Source of the DNA: Gammaproteobacteria bacterium
GTDB taxonomy: Bacteria; Pseudomonadota; Gammaproteobacteria; GCA-001735895
Length of the DNA stretch: 64,000 nucleotides
Assembly: GCA_014382695.1 (NCBI GenBank)
Contig: JACNJF010000106.1
Coordinates: 15,520 to 79,519, forward strand
Direction: 5' to 3'
Shown: piece after piece, positions 49,220 to 59,427 of the stretch
Numbering within the stretch: the stretch's first letter is position 1
Layout: each line of letters starts with the position of its first letter
Position numbers and translations under genes: made by a program
Notes under the pieces: generated by a model
The model's database searches: none
Seen by the model: the letters and a program-made list of their open reading frames with translations, nothing else
Told to the model about the DNA's origin: nothing

Positions 49220-50637
49220 CACGCACATCCAGACAGTTGATGCGAAGAATCAGAAACATTCATTTTGTTGGCATTGGTGGCGCCGGAATGAGCGGGATTG
49301 CGGAGGTTTTTCATAATCTCGGCTATCGAATCAGTGGTTCGGATATCAATGACAGTAGCACTGTGCAGCGACTGGCCGATCTTGGCATTCAGGTGCATAT
49401 CGGGCACCGTGCAGAAAATATTACGGATTGTCATGTGGTGGTGGTTTCGACCGCTATCGACCAGACCAATCCGGAAATTAAAAGTGCCAAGGAACTGCGT
49501 ATACCGGTGGTCAGACGGGCAGAAATGCTGGCTGAATTGATGCGCTTCAGAAAAGGTATTGCGGTCGCCGGTACCCACGGCAAGACCACGACGACGAGTC
49601 TGGTTACCTCGTTACTGGCGGAGGGCGGACTTGATCCGACCTATGTGATTGGTGGCAAACTAAATAGCTCCGGCAGTCATGCAAAACTGGGCGACAGTGA
49701 GTATCTGGTGGCTGAAGCGGATGAATCCGATGCTTCGTTTCTGTATCTGCAGCCGATCATATCGATCGTTACCAATATCGATCAGGATCATCTTTCGACC
49801 TATGAAGGGGATTTTGAGCGACTCAAGCATACCTTCGTTGAGTTCCTGCATCATCTGCCATTTTATGGGTTAGCCGTGCTGTGTATCGACGACCCTGTGG
49901 TACGTGAAATTCTGCCCCAGGTGGCACGCCCGGTGCTGACTTATGGATTTTCTGAAGATGCCGATGTGCGTATCAGCGAAGTCAGGGCCGATACTGTAAG
50001 AACCCATTTCAAGGTCCGCTTTCCGGATCAGGGCGAGTTCGATATCGTACTCAATATGGCCGGCAAACATAACGTACTGAATTCGACCGCAGCACTGGCA
50101 GTAGGCTGGGAACTGGAAGTTACCGCTGCCGAAATGCAACAGGCGCTGGCAAAGTTCGAAGGTATCGGGCGTCGTTTTCAGGTCACTGAAAAGATTAATT
50201 TTGACGGCAAGCTGATCCGTCATATCGATGACTATGGTCATCACCCGAATGAGATTAAAGCCACCATCGAAGCGATTCGGGCGGCCTGGCCAGATAACCG
50301 TTTAACCGTCGTGTTTCAACCACACCGTTTTAGCCGTACACGTGATCTGTTTGAGGATTTTGCCAGTGTGTTATCCGAAGTGGATCAACTGGTGTTGCTG
50401 GAAGTGTATAGTGCTGGAGAAAAGCCGATCAAGGATGCGGATAGCCGCTCCCTGTGCCGTGCGATCCGAACCCGTGGTCGCATTGACCCCGTTTTTGTCG
50501 AGCATATTGCTGAGCTGGAAGATGTGCTGAAAACCGTGGTTGCGAGTGATGATGTGGTGGTCACCCTCGGAGCCGGTAGTATCGGTGCGTTCGCGGTCGA
50601 CTTTTTAAAACGCTATAAAACGGATTTTACAGGGTGA
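49216..50637 (+). CDS. murC: UDP-MurNAc:L-Ala ligase MurC
   Basis: 473 aa Mur ligase with the Rossmann motif HFVGIGGAGMSGIA and the P-loop GTHGKTTTT. Confidence 0.9.
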   Translation: MTRTSRQLMRRIRNIHFVGIGGAGMSGIAEVFHNLGYRISGSDINDSSTVQRLADLGIQVHIGHRAENITDCHVVVVSTAIDQTNPEIKSAKELRIPVVRRAEMLAELMRFRKGIAVAGTHGKTTTTSLVTSLLAEGGLDPTYVIGGKLNSSGSHAKLGDSEYLVAEADESDASFLYLQPIISIVTNIDQDHLSTYEGDFERLKHTFVEFLHHLPFYGLAVLCIDDPVVREILPQVARPVLTYGFSEDADVRISEVRADTVRTHFKVRFPDQGEFDIVLNMAGKHNVLNSTAALAVGWELEVTAAEMQQALAKFEGIGRRFQVTEKINFDGKLIRHIDDYGHHPNEIKATIEAIRAAWPDNRLTVVFQPHRFSRTRDLFEDFASVLSEVDQLVLLEVYSAGEKPIKDADSRSLCRAIRTRGRIDPVFVEHIAELEDVLKTVVASDDVVVTLGAGSIGAFAVDFLKRYKTDFTG

Positions 50638-51530
50638 ATAAAATGGCGATTCAACACGGAATTCGTGGTCAACTGCTAAGCAATGAGCCTATGTCGAAGC
50701 ATTGCAGCTGGCGGACGGGTGGCGTGGCTGAAACCTATTTCATGCCGGCAGATAAACAGGATTTACAGACGTTTCTGGCACAAACCAGTGCCGAACTGCC
50801 AGTTTACTGGATTGGTCTGGGCAGTAACCTGCTGGTGCGAGATGGTGGATTAAAAGGCGTGGTAATCGGTGCACTGAACCGGCTTAATAAATTGCAGCTT
50901 CTGCCACAGGAACTGGTGTATGCGGAAGCCGGTGTGAGCTGTGCGAAGCTGACCCGTTTTTGCCAGCAACACAATCTGGATGGGGCTGAATTTCTGGCCG
51001 GGATACCGGGTACCGTGGGTGGAGCGCTGGCGATGAATGCGGGAGCTTTTGGAAGTGAAACCTGGCAGTTTGTAGAATCGGTAGAAATGATGGATCGGCA
51101 GGGCAATCTGTTTGAGCGTGAAGCGGCCAGCTTTGCAGTAAGTTATCGCTCGGTGGATCTGGCTAAGGATGAATGGTTCAGTGCGGGTGTTTTCAGCTTC
51201 CCGATAAAACTCAATGATAAGCCCTCTGTTATCAAGCCATTGCTGGCAAAAAGAAATTCTTCGCAGCCTATCGGGCTGCCTTCCTGTGGTTCGGTATTCA
51301 AGAACCCTGAGGGTGATTATGCGGCAAGACTGATTGAAGCCTGTGGCCTGAAAGGTTTTTGTATAGGGGGTGCCTGTGTTTCTGAAAAGCATGCAAACTT
51401 TATTATCAATGACGACCAGGCGAGTGCATCCGATATTGAGAAATTGATTGGCTATATCCAGCGTGAAGTTAGCGAAAAGCATCATATACAGCTGCAAACT
51501 GAAGTAAGAATTATCGGAGAGAAATTATGA
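50634..51530 (+). CDS. murB: UDP-N-acetylenolpyruvoylglucosamine reductase MurB
   Basis: 298 aa FAD-binding PCMH-type enzyme with a MurB C-terminal domain; it lies between murC and ddl. Confidence 0.85.
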   Translation: MNKMAIQHGIRGQLLSNEPMSKHCSWRTGGVAETYFMPADKQDLQTFLAQTSAELPVYWIGLGSNLLVRDGGLKGVVIGALNRLNKLQLLPQELVYAEAGVSCAKLTRFCQQHNLDGAEFLAGIPGTVGGALAMNAGAFGSETWQFVESVEMMDRQGNLFEREAASFAVSYRSVDLAKDEWFSAGVFSFPIKLNDKPSVIKPLLAKRNSSQPIGLPSCGSVFKNPEGDYAARLIEACGLKGFCIGGACVSEKHANFIINDDQASASDIEKLIGYIQREVSEKHHIQLQTEVRIIGEKL

Positions 51531-52486
51531 ATTTTGATCATTTGATTCCTGCGCCAGATACACCAGCAAAATGTGGCAGAGTCGCTGTTCTGATGGGCGG
51601 CACTTCTGCAGAGCGGGCAGTGTCACTGAAATCCGGCAGTTTCGTATTACAGGCTTTACTGGACGCCGGTGTCGATGCGTTTGGGGTCGATCTGAATCAG
51701 GACAGGCTGGTCCAGTTACAGGATCTGCAGGCCGATAGAGTGTTTAATATTCTGCATGGACGCGGTGGTGAAGATGGCGAAGTGCAGGCAATACTTGAGA
51801 TATTAAATCTACCCTATACCGGGAGTGGCGTGAAAGCCTCTGCGGTAACCATGGATAAGTTGATGACCAAGCGACTGTTACTCGGTAGCGGTATCCATAC
51901 ACCGGCTTTCATGCAACTGAAAACTCTGCAGGATTGTCAGCAGGCGCTGGATGTAATCGGCCTGCCACTGATTATTAAACCGGTAAATGAAGGCTCCAGT
52001 ATTGGTATGAGCAAGGTTACCAGCGCAGAGGAACTGGAGGCTGCCTTTTTACTTGCTGCACAGTACGGTGCGGTACTGGCCGAACAGTGGGTAAGCGGAT
52101 CTGAGTATACCGTCGCCTGGGTGGGCAATACGGTGTTACCGGCCATTCGACTCGAAACGCCGCATGTGTTTTACGATTATTCGGCAAAATACGAAGCCAG
52201 CGATACGCGTTATATCTGTCCATGCGGGCTGGATCCACAACCTCTTCAGAGCCTCAATGAAATCGTTGCTCAGACCATCGATGTGTGTGAAGTGCGTGAC
52301 TGGGGAAGAGTCGATCTGATGCGTGATGAGCAGGGCCGGTTTCAGGTGATTGAAGTGAATACGGTGCCGGGCATGACCGATCACAGCCTGGTACCTATGG
52401 CCGCGAAACAGGCCGGGTTGAGTTTCCAGCAACTGGTTTTAAAGTTGATTCATCTGACGCTCAGAGAGGAGGTGCAACATGTTTAA
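51527..52486 (+). CDS. ddl: D-alanine--D-alanine ligase
   Basis: 319 aa ATP-grasp enzyme; the N-terminus GRVAVLMGGTSAEREVSLKSG is family-typical. Confidence 0.9.
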   Translation: MNFDHLIPAPDTPAKCGRVAVLMGGTSAERAVSLKSGSFVLQALLDAGVDAFGVDLNQDRLVQLQDLQADRVFNILHGRGGEDGEVQAILEILNLPYTGSGVKASAVTMDKLMTKRLLLGSGIHTPAFMQLKTLQDCQQALDVIGLPLIIKPVNEGSSIGMSKVTSAEELEAAFLLAAQYGAVLAEQWVSGSEYTVAWVGNTVLPAIRLETPHVFYDYSAKYEASDTRYICPCGLDPQPLQSLNEIVAQTIDVCEVRDWGRVDLMRDEQGRFQVIEVNTVPGMTDHSLVPMAAKQAGLSFQQLVLKLIHLTLREEVQHV

Positions 52487-53348
52487 ACTGTTTAGCCTGA
52501 ACAAAACTGCTGCAGTGAATAGTCGTTCGCCTGAGCCGCTAAAAAAGAAGCCAAAAAAGAAAATGCAGGCGAGTAAAATGCAGTCCGATACACCACTCGA
52601 TCTGAGCTGGTTAAAACCCTTCTGGCAACCGAAGGTGATCGTGGGCTTAACCCTTGCTAGCACAATTCTGATGTTGTCGATTATGTTGCATGGCAAGGTG
52701 CTGTTACCGATTGAAAGAATAAAAATTTCGGGTGAGTTCAAGCAGCTCAATAGCGATCTGATCGAGCGCCAGTTATCGGTGTATCTGGGGCAGGATTTTT
52801 TCTCGGTGGATATACAGTCGATACAGCATCTGATCGGACAGCAGCCCTGGGTGCAGACGGTTTCGATCAAACGCATCTGGCCGAATCTGTTACAGGTGAA
52901 TGTGCGCGAAAAAAAGGCGTTCGCGAGATGGGATGATGATCAATTGCTGAGTACCCAGGCAGAGATATTCAGTGCCCGGGTTGCCGATTTTGCCAGCTTG
53001 CCAAAAATCAATGGTTATTCCGGTAAAACCGCCGAATTGCTGCGCAGTTACCTGAATCTGCAGCGCCAGCTGGTTGGGCTGAATATTGTGGTAACGGAAT
53101 TTAGGGAAGACAGTAAAGGGGCGCTCAGTCTTTTATTGAATCAGACCTTGAAGGTGAATATTGGTAGTGAGCAGAGTGATATGAAGATCAGGCATTTAAT
53201 AGCCGTCTATCCAGAACAGATTAAACCTAAAACTGAACAGATTAAATATATCGATTTTCGCTATAGCAATGGCTTTGCTATCGCCTGGAAAGACGAGTAT
53301 CAAAAACAGCAGGATGAAATAATGCAACGAGGCAACAACAATGTCTAA
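52479..53348 (+). CDS. ftsQ: Cell division protein FtsQ
   Basis: 289 aa with a Lys-rich cytoplasmic N-terminus, one TM (VIVGLTLASTILMLSIML), then POTRA and FtsQ beta domains. The true start may be an internal Met. Confidence 0.8.
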   Translation: MFKLFSLNKTAAVNSRSPEPLKKKPKKKMQASKMQSDTPLDLSWLKPFWQPKVIVGLTLASTILMLSIMLHGKVLLPIERIKISGEFKQLNSDLIERQLSVYLGQDFFSVDIQSIQHLIGQQPWVQTVSIKRIWPNLLQVNVREKKAFARWDDDQLLSTQAEIFSARVADFASLPKINGYSGKTAELLRSYLNLQRQLVGLNIVVTEFREDSKGALSLLLNQTLKVNIGSEQSDMKIRHLIAVYPEQIKPKTEQIKYIDFRYSNGFAIAWKDEYQKQQDEIMQRGNNNV

Positions 53349-54576
53349 GAAGACAGAAAATAATCTGATCGTGGGGCTCGATATTGGAACATCAAAAGTC
53401 GTTGCAATAGTTGGAGAAGTGACTGCCGATGGGCAGATTGAAATCATCGGTATAGGGACTCAGCCTTCGCGTGGCCTGAAGAAAGGTGTCGTAGTCAATA
53501 TCGAGTCTACGGTACAATCTATCCAGCGTGCGGTTGAAGAAGCGGAGCTGATGGCCGGCTGCCAGATTCGTTCGGTGTATGCGGGTATCGCGGGTAGTCA
53601 TGTGCGCAGTATCAATTCGCACGGTATCGTCGCGGTAAAAGATAAGGAAGTGACCGCTGCGGATGTGGCGCGTGTTATCGATGCAGCAAAAGCGGTAGCG
53701 ATACCGGCCGATCAACGCATCCTGCACGTTATTCCGCAGGAATTCCTGATCGATAATCAGGAAGGTATCCGTGACCCGATCAGTATGTCTGGTGTGCGTC
53801 TGGAAGCCCGGGTGCATCTGGTCACCGGTGCGGTGAGTGCCGCACAGAATATCATCAAGTGTGTACGCCGTTGTGGTCTGGAAGTGGATGACATCATTCT
53901 GGAGCAACTGGCGTCGAGCGCCTCAGTGTTAACCGATGATGAAAAAGAACTCGGTGTGTGTCTGGTCGATATCGGCGGTGGCACCACCGATATCGCGGTA
54001 TTTACCGATGGCGCGATCCGCCATACCGCGGTGATTCCAATTGCGGGTGATCAGGTCACCAATGATATTGCGGTCGCATTACGCACACCAACCCAGTACG
54101 CGAATGACCTGAAGATTAAATATGCCTGTGCCTTACGTCAGCTGGCAACAAGCGATGAAACCATCGAAGTGCCCAGCGTAGGTGATCGCGAACCGCGTCG
54201 CCTGGCGCGCCAGACCCTGGCCGAAGTGGTCGAGCCGCGCTATGAAGAACTGTTGAGTCTGGTGCTGGCGGAGCTCAGACGTTCCGGCTTCGAAGACATC
54301 TGCGCCGCCGGTATCGTGTTGACCGGTGGTAGTTCCAAGATGGAAGGGGTAATCGAGCTGGCAGAAGAAATATTTCATATGCCGGTCAGACTGGGCGTAC
54401 CACAGCATGTTTCCGGTCTGATCGACATTATTAGTAATCCGATCCATGCAACCGGCGTCGGATTACTGCTGTTTGGTCACAAGCAGAAGTCCAGTTTCTC
54501 CAGCCGCGAGCTGGAAGAAAACGCTGGAGACAGCTTATGGGAGAAAATGAAAAGCTGGTTCCAGGGTAATTTTTAA
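53341..54576 (+). CDS. ftsA: Cell division protein FtsA
   Basis: 411 aa actin-fold ATPase with N-terminal LIVGLDIGTSKV. Confidence 0.9.
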   Translation: MSKKTENNLIVGLDIGTSKVVAIVGEVTADGQIEIIGIGTQPSRGLKKGVVVNIESTVQSIQRAVEEAELMAGCQIRSVYAGIAGSHVRSINSHGIVAVKDKEVTAADVARVIDAAKAVAIPADQRILHVIPQEFLIDNQEGIRDPISMSGVRLEARVHLVTGAVSAAQNIIKCVRRCGLEVDDIILEQLASSASVLTDDEKELGVCLVDIGGGTTDIAVFTDGAIRHTAVIPIAGDQVTNDIAVALRTPTQYANDLKIKYACALRQLATSDETIEVPSVGDREPRRLARQTLAEVVEPRYEELLSLVLAELRRSGFEDICAAGIVLTGGSSKMEGVIELAEEIFHMPVRLGVPQHVSGLIDIISNPIHATGVGLLLFGHKQKSSFSSRELEENAGDSLWEKMKSWFQGNF

Positions 54577-54612
54577 GTATTAACTGTCAATCAAAGTAAG
54601 AGGAGAGATCTC

Positions 54613-55776
54613 ATGTTCGAATTAATGGATGCATTTTCGCAAAATGCGGTAATCAAGGTAATCGGAGTCGGCGGCGGCGGCGGTAACGCTGTGCAGCATA
54701 TGGTCGAGTCCGGTATAGAAGGTGTCGATTTTATGTGTGTCAATACTGACGTACAGGCACTCAAGAAAATGGATGCTAAAACCACTATTCAAATTGGTAG
54801 CAGCATCACCAAAGGGTTGGGCGCAGGTGCAGACCCTGGTGTTGGACGTCAGGCTGCGATGGAAGATCGTGAGCGCATTCAGGAAGCCATATCCGGCACT
54901 GATATGCTGTTTATTACCGCCGGTATGGGTGGCGGTACCGGAACCGGTGCGGCTCCTGTAATCGCTCAGATCGCTAAAGAAATGGGCGTGCTAACGGTTG
55001 CCGTGGTGACCAAGCCGTTTGGCTTTGAACGCGGCAAGCGCATGGCGCAGGCTAATCAGGGCATTGAAGAGTTAGCTGCTATCGTGGACTCTCTGATCAC
55101 GATACCGAACGACAAGCTGATGCCGGTACTAGGAAGAGAGACGTCATTGCTGGAAGTTTTCCTGAAGGCCAACGATGTTCTAAGAGGAGCAGTCCAGGGG
55201 ATCGCAGAGCTGATTACCTGTCCCGGTCTGATCAACGTGGATTTTGCCGATGTCAGAACCGTTATGTCGGAAATGGGTATGGCAATGATGGGTTCCGGTA
55301 TCGCTACCGGTGAAGGCCGTGCCAAGGAAGCCGCGATTGCCGCGATTTCTTCACCACTGCTGGAAGATATCGATATCTCCGGAGCTCAGGGCATACTGGT
55401 GAATATTACCGCTGGTCTGGATCTGGCGATTGGTGAACTGGATGATGTCGGTTCTACTATCACCGAAATGGCTTCCGATAATGCAACCATCGTAATCGGC
55501 ACCGTAATCGATTCAGAAATGGTTTCCGGTGAGTTACGGGTAACGCTAGTTGCAACAGGTCTGGGTAAAGGCAAGAAAAAAGCGACTAAAGTGGAACCTT
55601 CTTTCATCAAGCCTGACCGCACCGGTAAGGTCGATTACTCCAAGCTGGATCAGCCAACCGTTATTCGCGGTTCGTCCACCAAAAAAGTAGTCGGTGACAG
55701 TATTGAAATAGGGCAGGATAAAACTAGCCTGGAATATCTGGAAATACCCGCCTTTTTAAGGCGTCAGGCAGACTAA
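54613..55776 (+). CDS. ftsZ: Cell division GTPase FtsZ
   Basis: 387 aa with the tubulin signature GGGTGTG and the T7 loop; the C-terminus IPAFLRRQAD is the conserved C-terminal peptide. Confidence 0.95.
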   Translation: MFELMDAFSQNAVIKVIGVGGGGGNAVQHMVESGIEGVDFMCVNTDVQALKKMDAKTTIQIGSSITKGLGAGADPGVGRQAAMEDRERIQEAISGTDMLFITAGMGGGTGTGAAPVIAQIAKEMGVLTVAVVTKPFGFERGKRMAQANQGIEELAAIVDSLITIPNDKLMPVLGRETSLLEVFLKANDVLRGAVQGIAELITCPGLINVDFADVRTVMSEMGMAMMGSGIATGEGRAKEAAIAAISSPLLEDIDISGAQGILVNITAGLDLAIGELDDVGSTITEMASDNATIVIGTVIDSEMVSGELRVTLVATGLGKGKKKATKVEPSFIKPDRTGKVDYSKLDQPTVIRGSSTKKVVGDSIEIGQDKTSLEYLEIPAFLRRQAD

Positions 55777-56046
55777 AAAACGACAGTACTTCTCTTACGA
55801 CCCTGTTGCAGGCAAGGATGCCTGTTGCGGGGTTATTCTGTTAGCAACAGGTGAGTCTCGGGGATCGAGTTGAAGGTCCTGTCGGGTTCTTCCTGGAGTC
55901 TGAGCCGGCTCAGTGCATCTATCAGATGAATTGTTTTGCCCCTGTTCGGGCTTTCCTTCCTGTGCCGCAGGCGCATTCATAGTCGTGCTATAGAAACTGA
56001 ATAAAAACACTTATTTAGTCATAAGGAATCGTTATTTAACTTGTCC

Positions 56047-56075
56047 TTGACTCTGTTAACACTGGGCAATAGACT
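56047..56075 (+). promoter_or_regulatory. Putative sigma-70 promoter of the nuo operon
   Basis: TTGACT, a 17-nt spacer, then TAGACT, about 50 nt upstream of the nuoA ATG. Confidence 0.35.
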
Positions 56076-56126
56076 CGCCGACTCATTACTAAAATGACAA
56101 GTTAAGCACAGGGGCAAGCAAATTTT

Positions 56127-56483
56127 ATGCTAGGTAACTATTTACCCATTCTCATTTTCCTGATGGTTACCACCGTTATGGGCTCTGCATTTATCATACT
56201 GGGTAAGCTGTTAGGGCCCTCACGCCCCGATGCGGAAAAGAACTCTCCTTACGAATGCGGATTTGAAGCGTTCGAAGACAGTCGGATGAAATTCGACGTA
56301 CGTTACTATCTGGTTGCCATCCTGTTTATTATTTTCGATCTGGAAATCGCGTTCCTGTTTCCGTGGGCCATCGTGCTGGATGAAATCGGTACCTTTGGAC
56401 TGGTTTCTATGGCTATTTTCCTTGGGGTTCTGGTCATCGGTTTCATCTACGAGTGGAAAAGAGGGGCGCTGGAATGGGAATAG
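56127..56483 (+). CDS. nuoA: NADH-quinone oxidoreductase subunit A
   Basis: 118 aa three-TM protein with [10 protein letters not shown]......[23 protein letters not shown]. Confidence 0.9.
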   Translation: MLGNYLPILIFLMVTTVMGSAFIILGKLLGPSRPDAEKNSPYECGFEAFEDSRMKFDVRYYLVAILFIIFDLEIAFLFPWAIVLDEIGTFGLVSMAIFLGVLVIGFIYEWKRGALEWE

Positions 56484-56950
56484 AAGGTGTTTTAGAGCAG
56501 GGCTTTGTCACTACCAGTGCCGACAAGCTGATTAACTGGGCACGTACCGGTTCGATGTGGCCGATGACCTTTGGTCTGGCCTGTTGTGCGGTTGAAATGA
56601 TGCAGGCAGGCGCTTCGCGTTACGATCTGGATCGATTTGGTATCCTGTTCCGTCCGAGTCCGCGTCAGTCCGATGTGATGATCGTGGCCGGCACTCTGGT
56701 GAATAAAATGGCCCCCGCGTTGCGCAAGGTCTATGATCAGATGGCAGAGCCGCGCTGGGTTATTTCGATGGGTTCCTGCGCTAATGGGGGTGGTTATTAC
56801 CATTATTCCTATTCCGTAGTTCGTGGCTGTGATCGTGTGGTACCGGTCGATATCTATGTACCCGGTTGCCCGCCTACCGCAGAAGCACTGCTTTACGGTA
56901 TCTTGCAGTTACAGAGCAAGATTAAACGTACCAATACCATAGCCCGCTAA
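56474..56950 (+). CDS. nuoB: NADH-quinone oxidoreductase subunit B
   Basis: Probable start [11 protein letters not shown] overlaps the nuoA stop by 10 nt. It carries the N2 cluster ligand motifs [20 protein letters not shown] and PGCPP. The ORF track starts at 56453. Confidence 0.9.
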   Translation: MGIEGVLEQGFVTTSADKLINWARTGSMWPMTFGLACCAVEMMQAGASRYDLDRFGILFRPSPRQSDVMIVAGTLVNKMAPALRKVYDQMAEPRWVISMGSCANGGGYYHYSYSVVRGCDRVVPVDIYVPGCPPTAEALLYGILQLQSKIKRTNTIAR

Positions 56951-56952
56951 TC

Positions 56953-57672
56953 ATGTCTGAATCCTTACAGCTGCATGCCGACGCGCTGCAGAAACACTTT
57001 GGCGATAAAATCCAGAATCTGATTCTCGAATATGCAGAGATCACCATCGATATTGCTCCTGCTGCGCTGATCGAGGTCTCCACCGCACTACGCGATACAG
57101 CGGATTTCGCCTATCAGCAACTGATTGACCTGTGCGGTGTCGACTATTCGCAGTTGGGTCAATCTGAATGGCAGACCGATAAAGCCAGTCACTCAGGATT
57201 CAGCCGTGCGGTCGAGCCGGGTAGCATGGGACATCTGACCTTTGGTGATGAGCTGGAAGCGGTTGCAACCGGGATGTCGCGTTTTGCCTCGGTGATGCAT
57301 CTGATCTCCTACACCCATAACCGTCGTCTGCGAATTCGTGTGTTTGCCGAAAACGATGACTTTCCGATGATTCCTTCGGTTACCGAAGTGTGGTCCTCGG
57401 CCGACTGGTATGAACGCGAATCGTTCGATCTGTTCGGGATTCTGTACAGCAATCATCCCGATCTGCGCCGCATACTGACCGATTATGGCTTTATCGGGCA
57501 TCCTTTCCGTAAGGACTTCCCTCTGATCGGGCATGTTGAAATGCGTTATGACCCTGAGCAGAAGCGGGTAATCTACGAACCGGTATCGATCGAACCACGG
57601 GTACTGGTCCCTCGGGTGATTCGGGAAGATCATCGTTACCTGAAAAATGATCCGCAAGAGGCTGCCAAATAA
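56953..57672 (+). CDS. nuoC: NADH-quinone oxidoreductase subunit C (stand-alone, not fused to NuoD)
   Basis: 239 aa of the 30 kDa subunit family (ERE.FD.FGI.....[22 protein letters not shown]). Confidence 0.85.
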   Translation: MSESLQLHADALQKHFGDKIQNLILEYAEITIDIAPAALIEVSTALRDTADFAYQQLIDLCGVDYSQLGQSEWQTDKASHSGFSRAVEPGSMGHLTFGDELEAVATGMSRFASVMHLISYTHNRRLRIRVFAENDDFPMIPSVTEVWSSADWYERESFDLFGILYSNHPDLRRILTDYGFIGHPFRKDFPLIGHVEMRYDPEQKRVIYEPVSIEPRVLVPRVIREDHRYLKNDPQEAAK

Positions 57673-58925
57673 TGCCTGAGATTAAGAATTACACATTAAA
57701 TTTCGGTCCTCAGCATCCCGCTGCGCATGGTGTATTACGCCTGGTGCTGGAGATGGATGGTGAAGTGATCGAACGCGCGGACCCGCATATCGGATTACTG
57801 CACCGGGCGACCGAGAAGCTGGCCGAATCCAAGCCCTATAACCAGTCGATCGGTTATATGGATCGTCTCGATTACGTCTCTATGATGTGCAACGAGCACG
57901 GCTATGTGCTGGCGATTGAAAAGCTGCTGCAGCTGGAAGTGCCAATACGCGGGCAGTACATTCGCGTTATGTTTGATGAAATCACGCGTATTCTGAACCA
58001 CCTGATGTGGATCGGAACCCATGCGCTGGACGTCGGCGCGATGACCATGTTCCTGTACGCTTTTCGCGAACGTGAAGACCTGATGGATATGTACGAAGCC
58101 GTTTCCGGTGCGCGTATGCATGCCGGTTACTACCGTCCGGGTGGTGTGGCACGTGACCTGCCGGATCGTATGCCGTTGTATGAAATCAGCAAATGGCGCA
58201 GTAAAAAGGATGCGGATCGGCTGAATGCTAATCGCCAATCCAGTCTGATCGATTTTATCGATGATTTCTGCAAGCGCTTTCCGACTTATATCGATGAATA
58301 CGAAACCCTGTTAACCGATAACCGGATCTGGAAGCAGCGTACCGTTGGTATCGGTGTGGTATCGCCCGAGCGCGCCTATCAGCTTGGTTTTACCGGGCCG
58401 ATGCTGCGAGGATCTGGTATCGAATGGGATCTGCGTAAAAAACAGCCGTACGAAGTGTATGCCGAGATGGATTTTGATATCCCGGTTGGCACCAATGGCG
58501 ATAGCTATGACCGTTATCTGGTGCGCATCGAAGAGATGCGTCAATCCAACCGTATTATTCGACAATGCGTGGACTGGTTACGCGCGAACCCCGGTCTGGT
58601 GCTGAGTGATAACCATAAGGTGACACCGCCCAGACGTGAAGAAATGAAGGCGGATATGGAAGGTCTGATCCATCATTTCAAGCTGTTTACCGAAGGCTAT
58701 ACGCTGCCGGCCGGTGAAGTGTATACCGCCATCGAGCATCCAAAAGGTGAGTTTGGGGTGTACCTGATCTCCGATGGGAGCAATAAACCCTACCGCCTGA
58801 AGATTCGCGCCCCCGGGTTTGCCCATCTGTCGAGTATGAATGAAATGGCCAAAGGCCATATGCTGGCTGACGTCGTCGCCATTATTGGAACCCAGGATAT
58901 TGTATTTGGTGAGATTGATCGATAA
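57672..58925 (+). CDS. nuoD: NADH-quinone oxidoreductase subunit D
   Basis: 417 aa of the 49 kDa subunit family; N-terminus [20 protein letters not shown]. Confidence 0.9.
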   Translation: MPEIKNYTLNFGPQHPAAHGVLRLVLEMDGEVIERADPHIGLLHRATEKLAESKPYNQSIGYMDRLDYVSMMCNEHGYVLAIEKLLQLEVPIRGQYIRVMFDEITRILNHLMWIGTHALDVGAMTMFLYAFREREDLMDMYEAVSGARMHAGYYRPGGVARDLPDRMPLYEISKWRSKKDADRLNANRQSSLIDFIDDFCKRFPTYIDEYETLLTDNRIWKQRTVGIGVVSPERAYQLGFTGPMLRGSGIEWDLRKKQPYEVYAEMDFDIPVGTNGDSYDRYLVRIEEMRQSNRIIRQCVDWLRANPGLVLSDNHKVTPPRREEMKADMEGLIHHFKLFTEGYTLPAGEVYTAIEHPKGEFGVYLISDGSNKPYRLKIRAPGFAHLSSMNEMAKGHMLADVVAIIGTQDIVFGEIDR

Positions 58926-59425
58926 TGACTGATACGACTACCCACACGCTATTGAATGAGCATACCCGTGAAGAGATTGATCACTGGTTGGCAAAATACC
59001 CTGCAGACAAAAAACGCTCTGCGGTACTGGCTGCACTGAGTGCGACACAGCATCAGAATCAGGGCTTCCTGACCACTGAACTGATGGATGCAGTTGCGGA
59101 CTATCTGAGCCTGCCGAAGATACAGGTGTATGAAGTGGCAACGTTCTACTCCATGTACGAAACCAAACCGGTCGGTCGCCATAACGTCGCGATCTGCACC
59201 AATATCTCCTGCATGCTGATGGGTTCTGACAGTGTGGTCAGCTACATCGAGAAAAAACTCGGTTGCAAGGTGGGGGAAAGTACTGCTGATGGTCGCATCT
59301 ACCTGAAACCGGAAGAAGAATGTCTGGCGGCCTGTGCTGCTGGTCCGATGATGCAGGTGAATCACGTCTATCACGAAAAACTGACACCGCAAAAGATTGA
59401 TGAAATTCTGGATGGGCTGGAATAA
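58925..59425 (+). CDS. nuoE: NADH-quinone oxidoreductase subunit E (24 kDa)
   Basis: 166 aa thioredoxin-like [2Fe-2S] subunit with four Cys (C..NISC ... C..AC). Confidence 0.85.
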   Translation: MTDTTTHTLLNEHTREEIDHWLAKYPADKKRSAVLAALSATQHQNQGFLTTELMDAVADYLSLPKIQVYEVATFYSMYETKPVGRHNVAICTNISCMLMGSDSVVSYIEKKLGCKVGESTADGRIYLKPEEECLAACAAGPMMQVNHVYHEKLTPQKIDEILDGLE

Positions 59426-59427
59426 GC

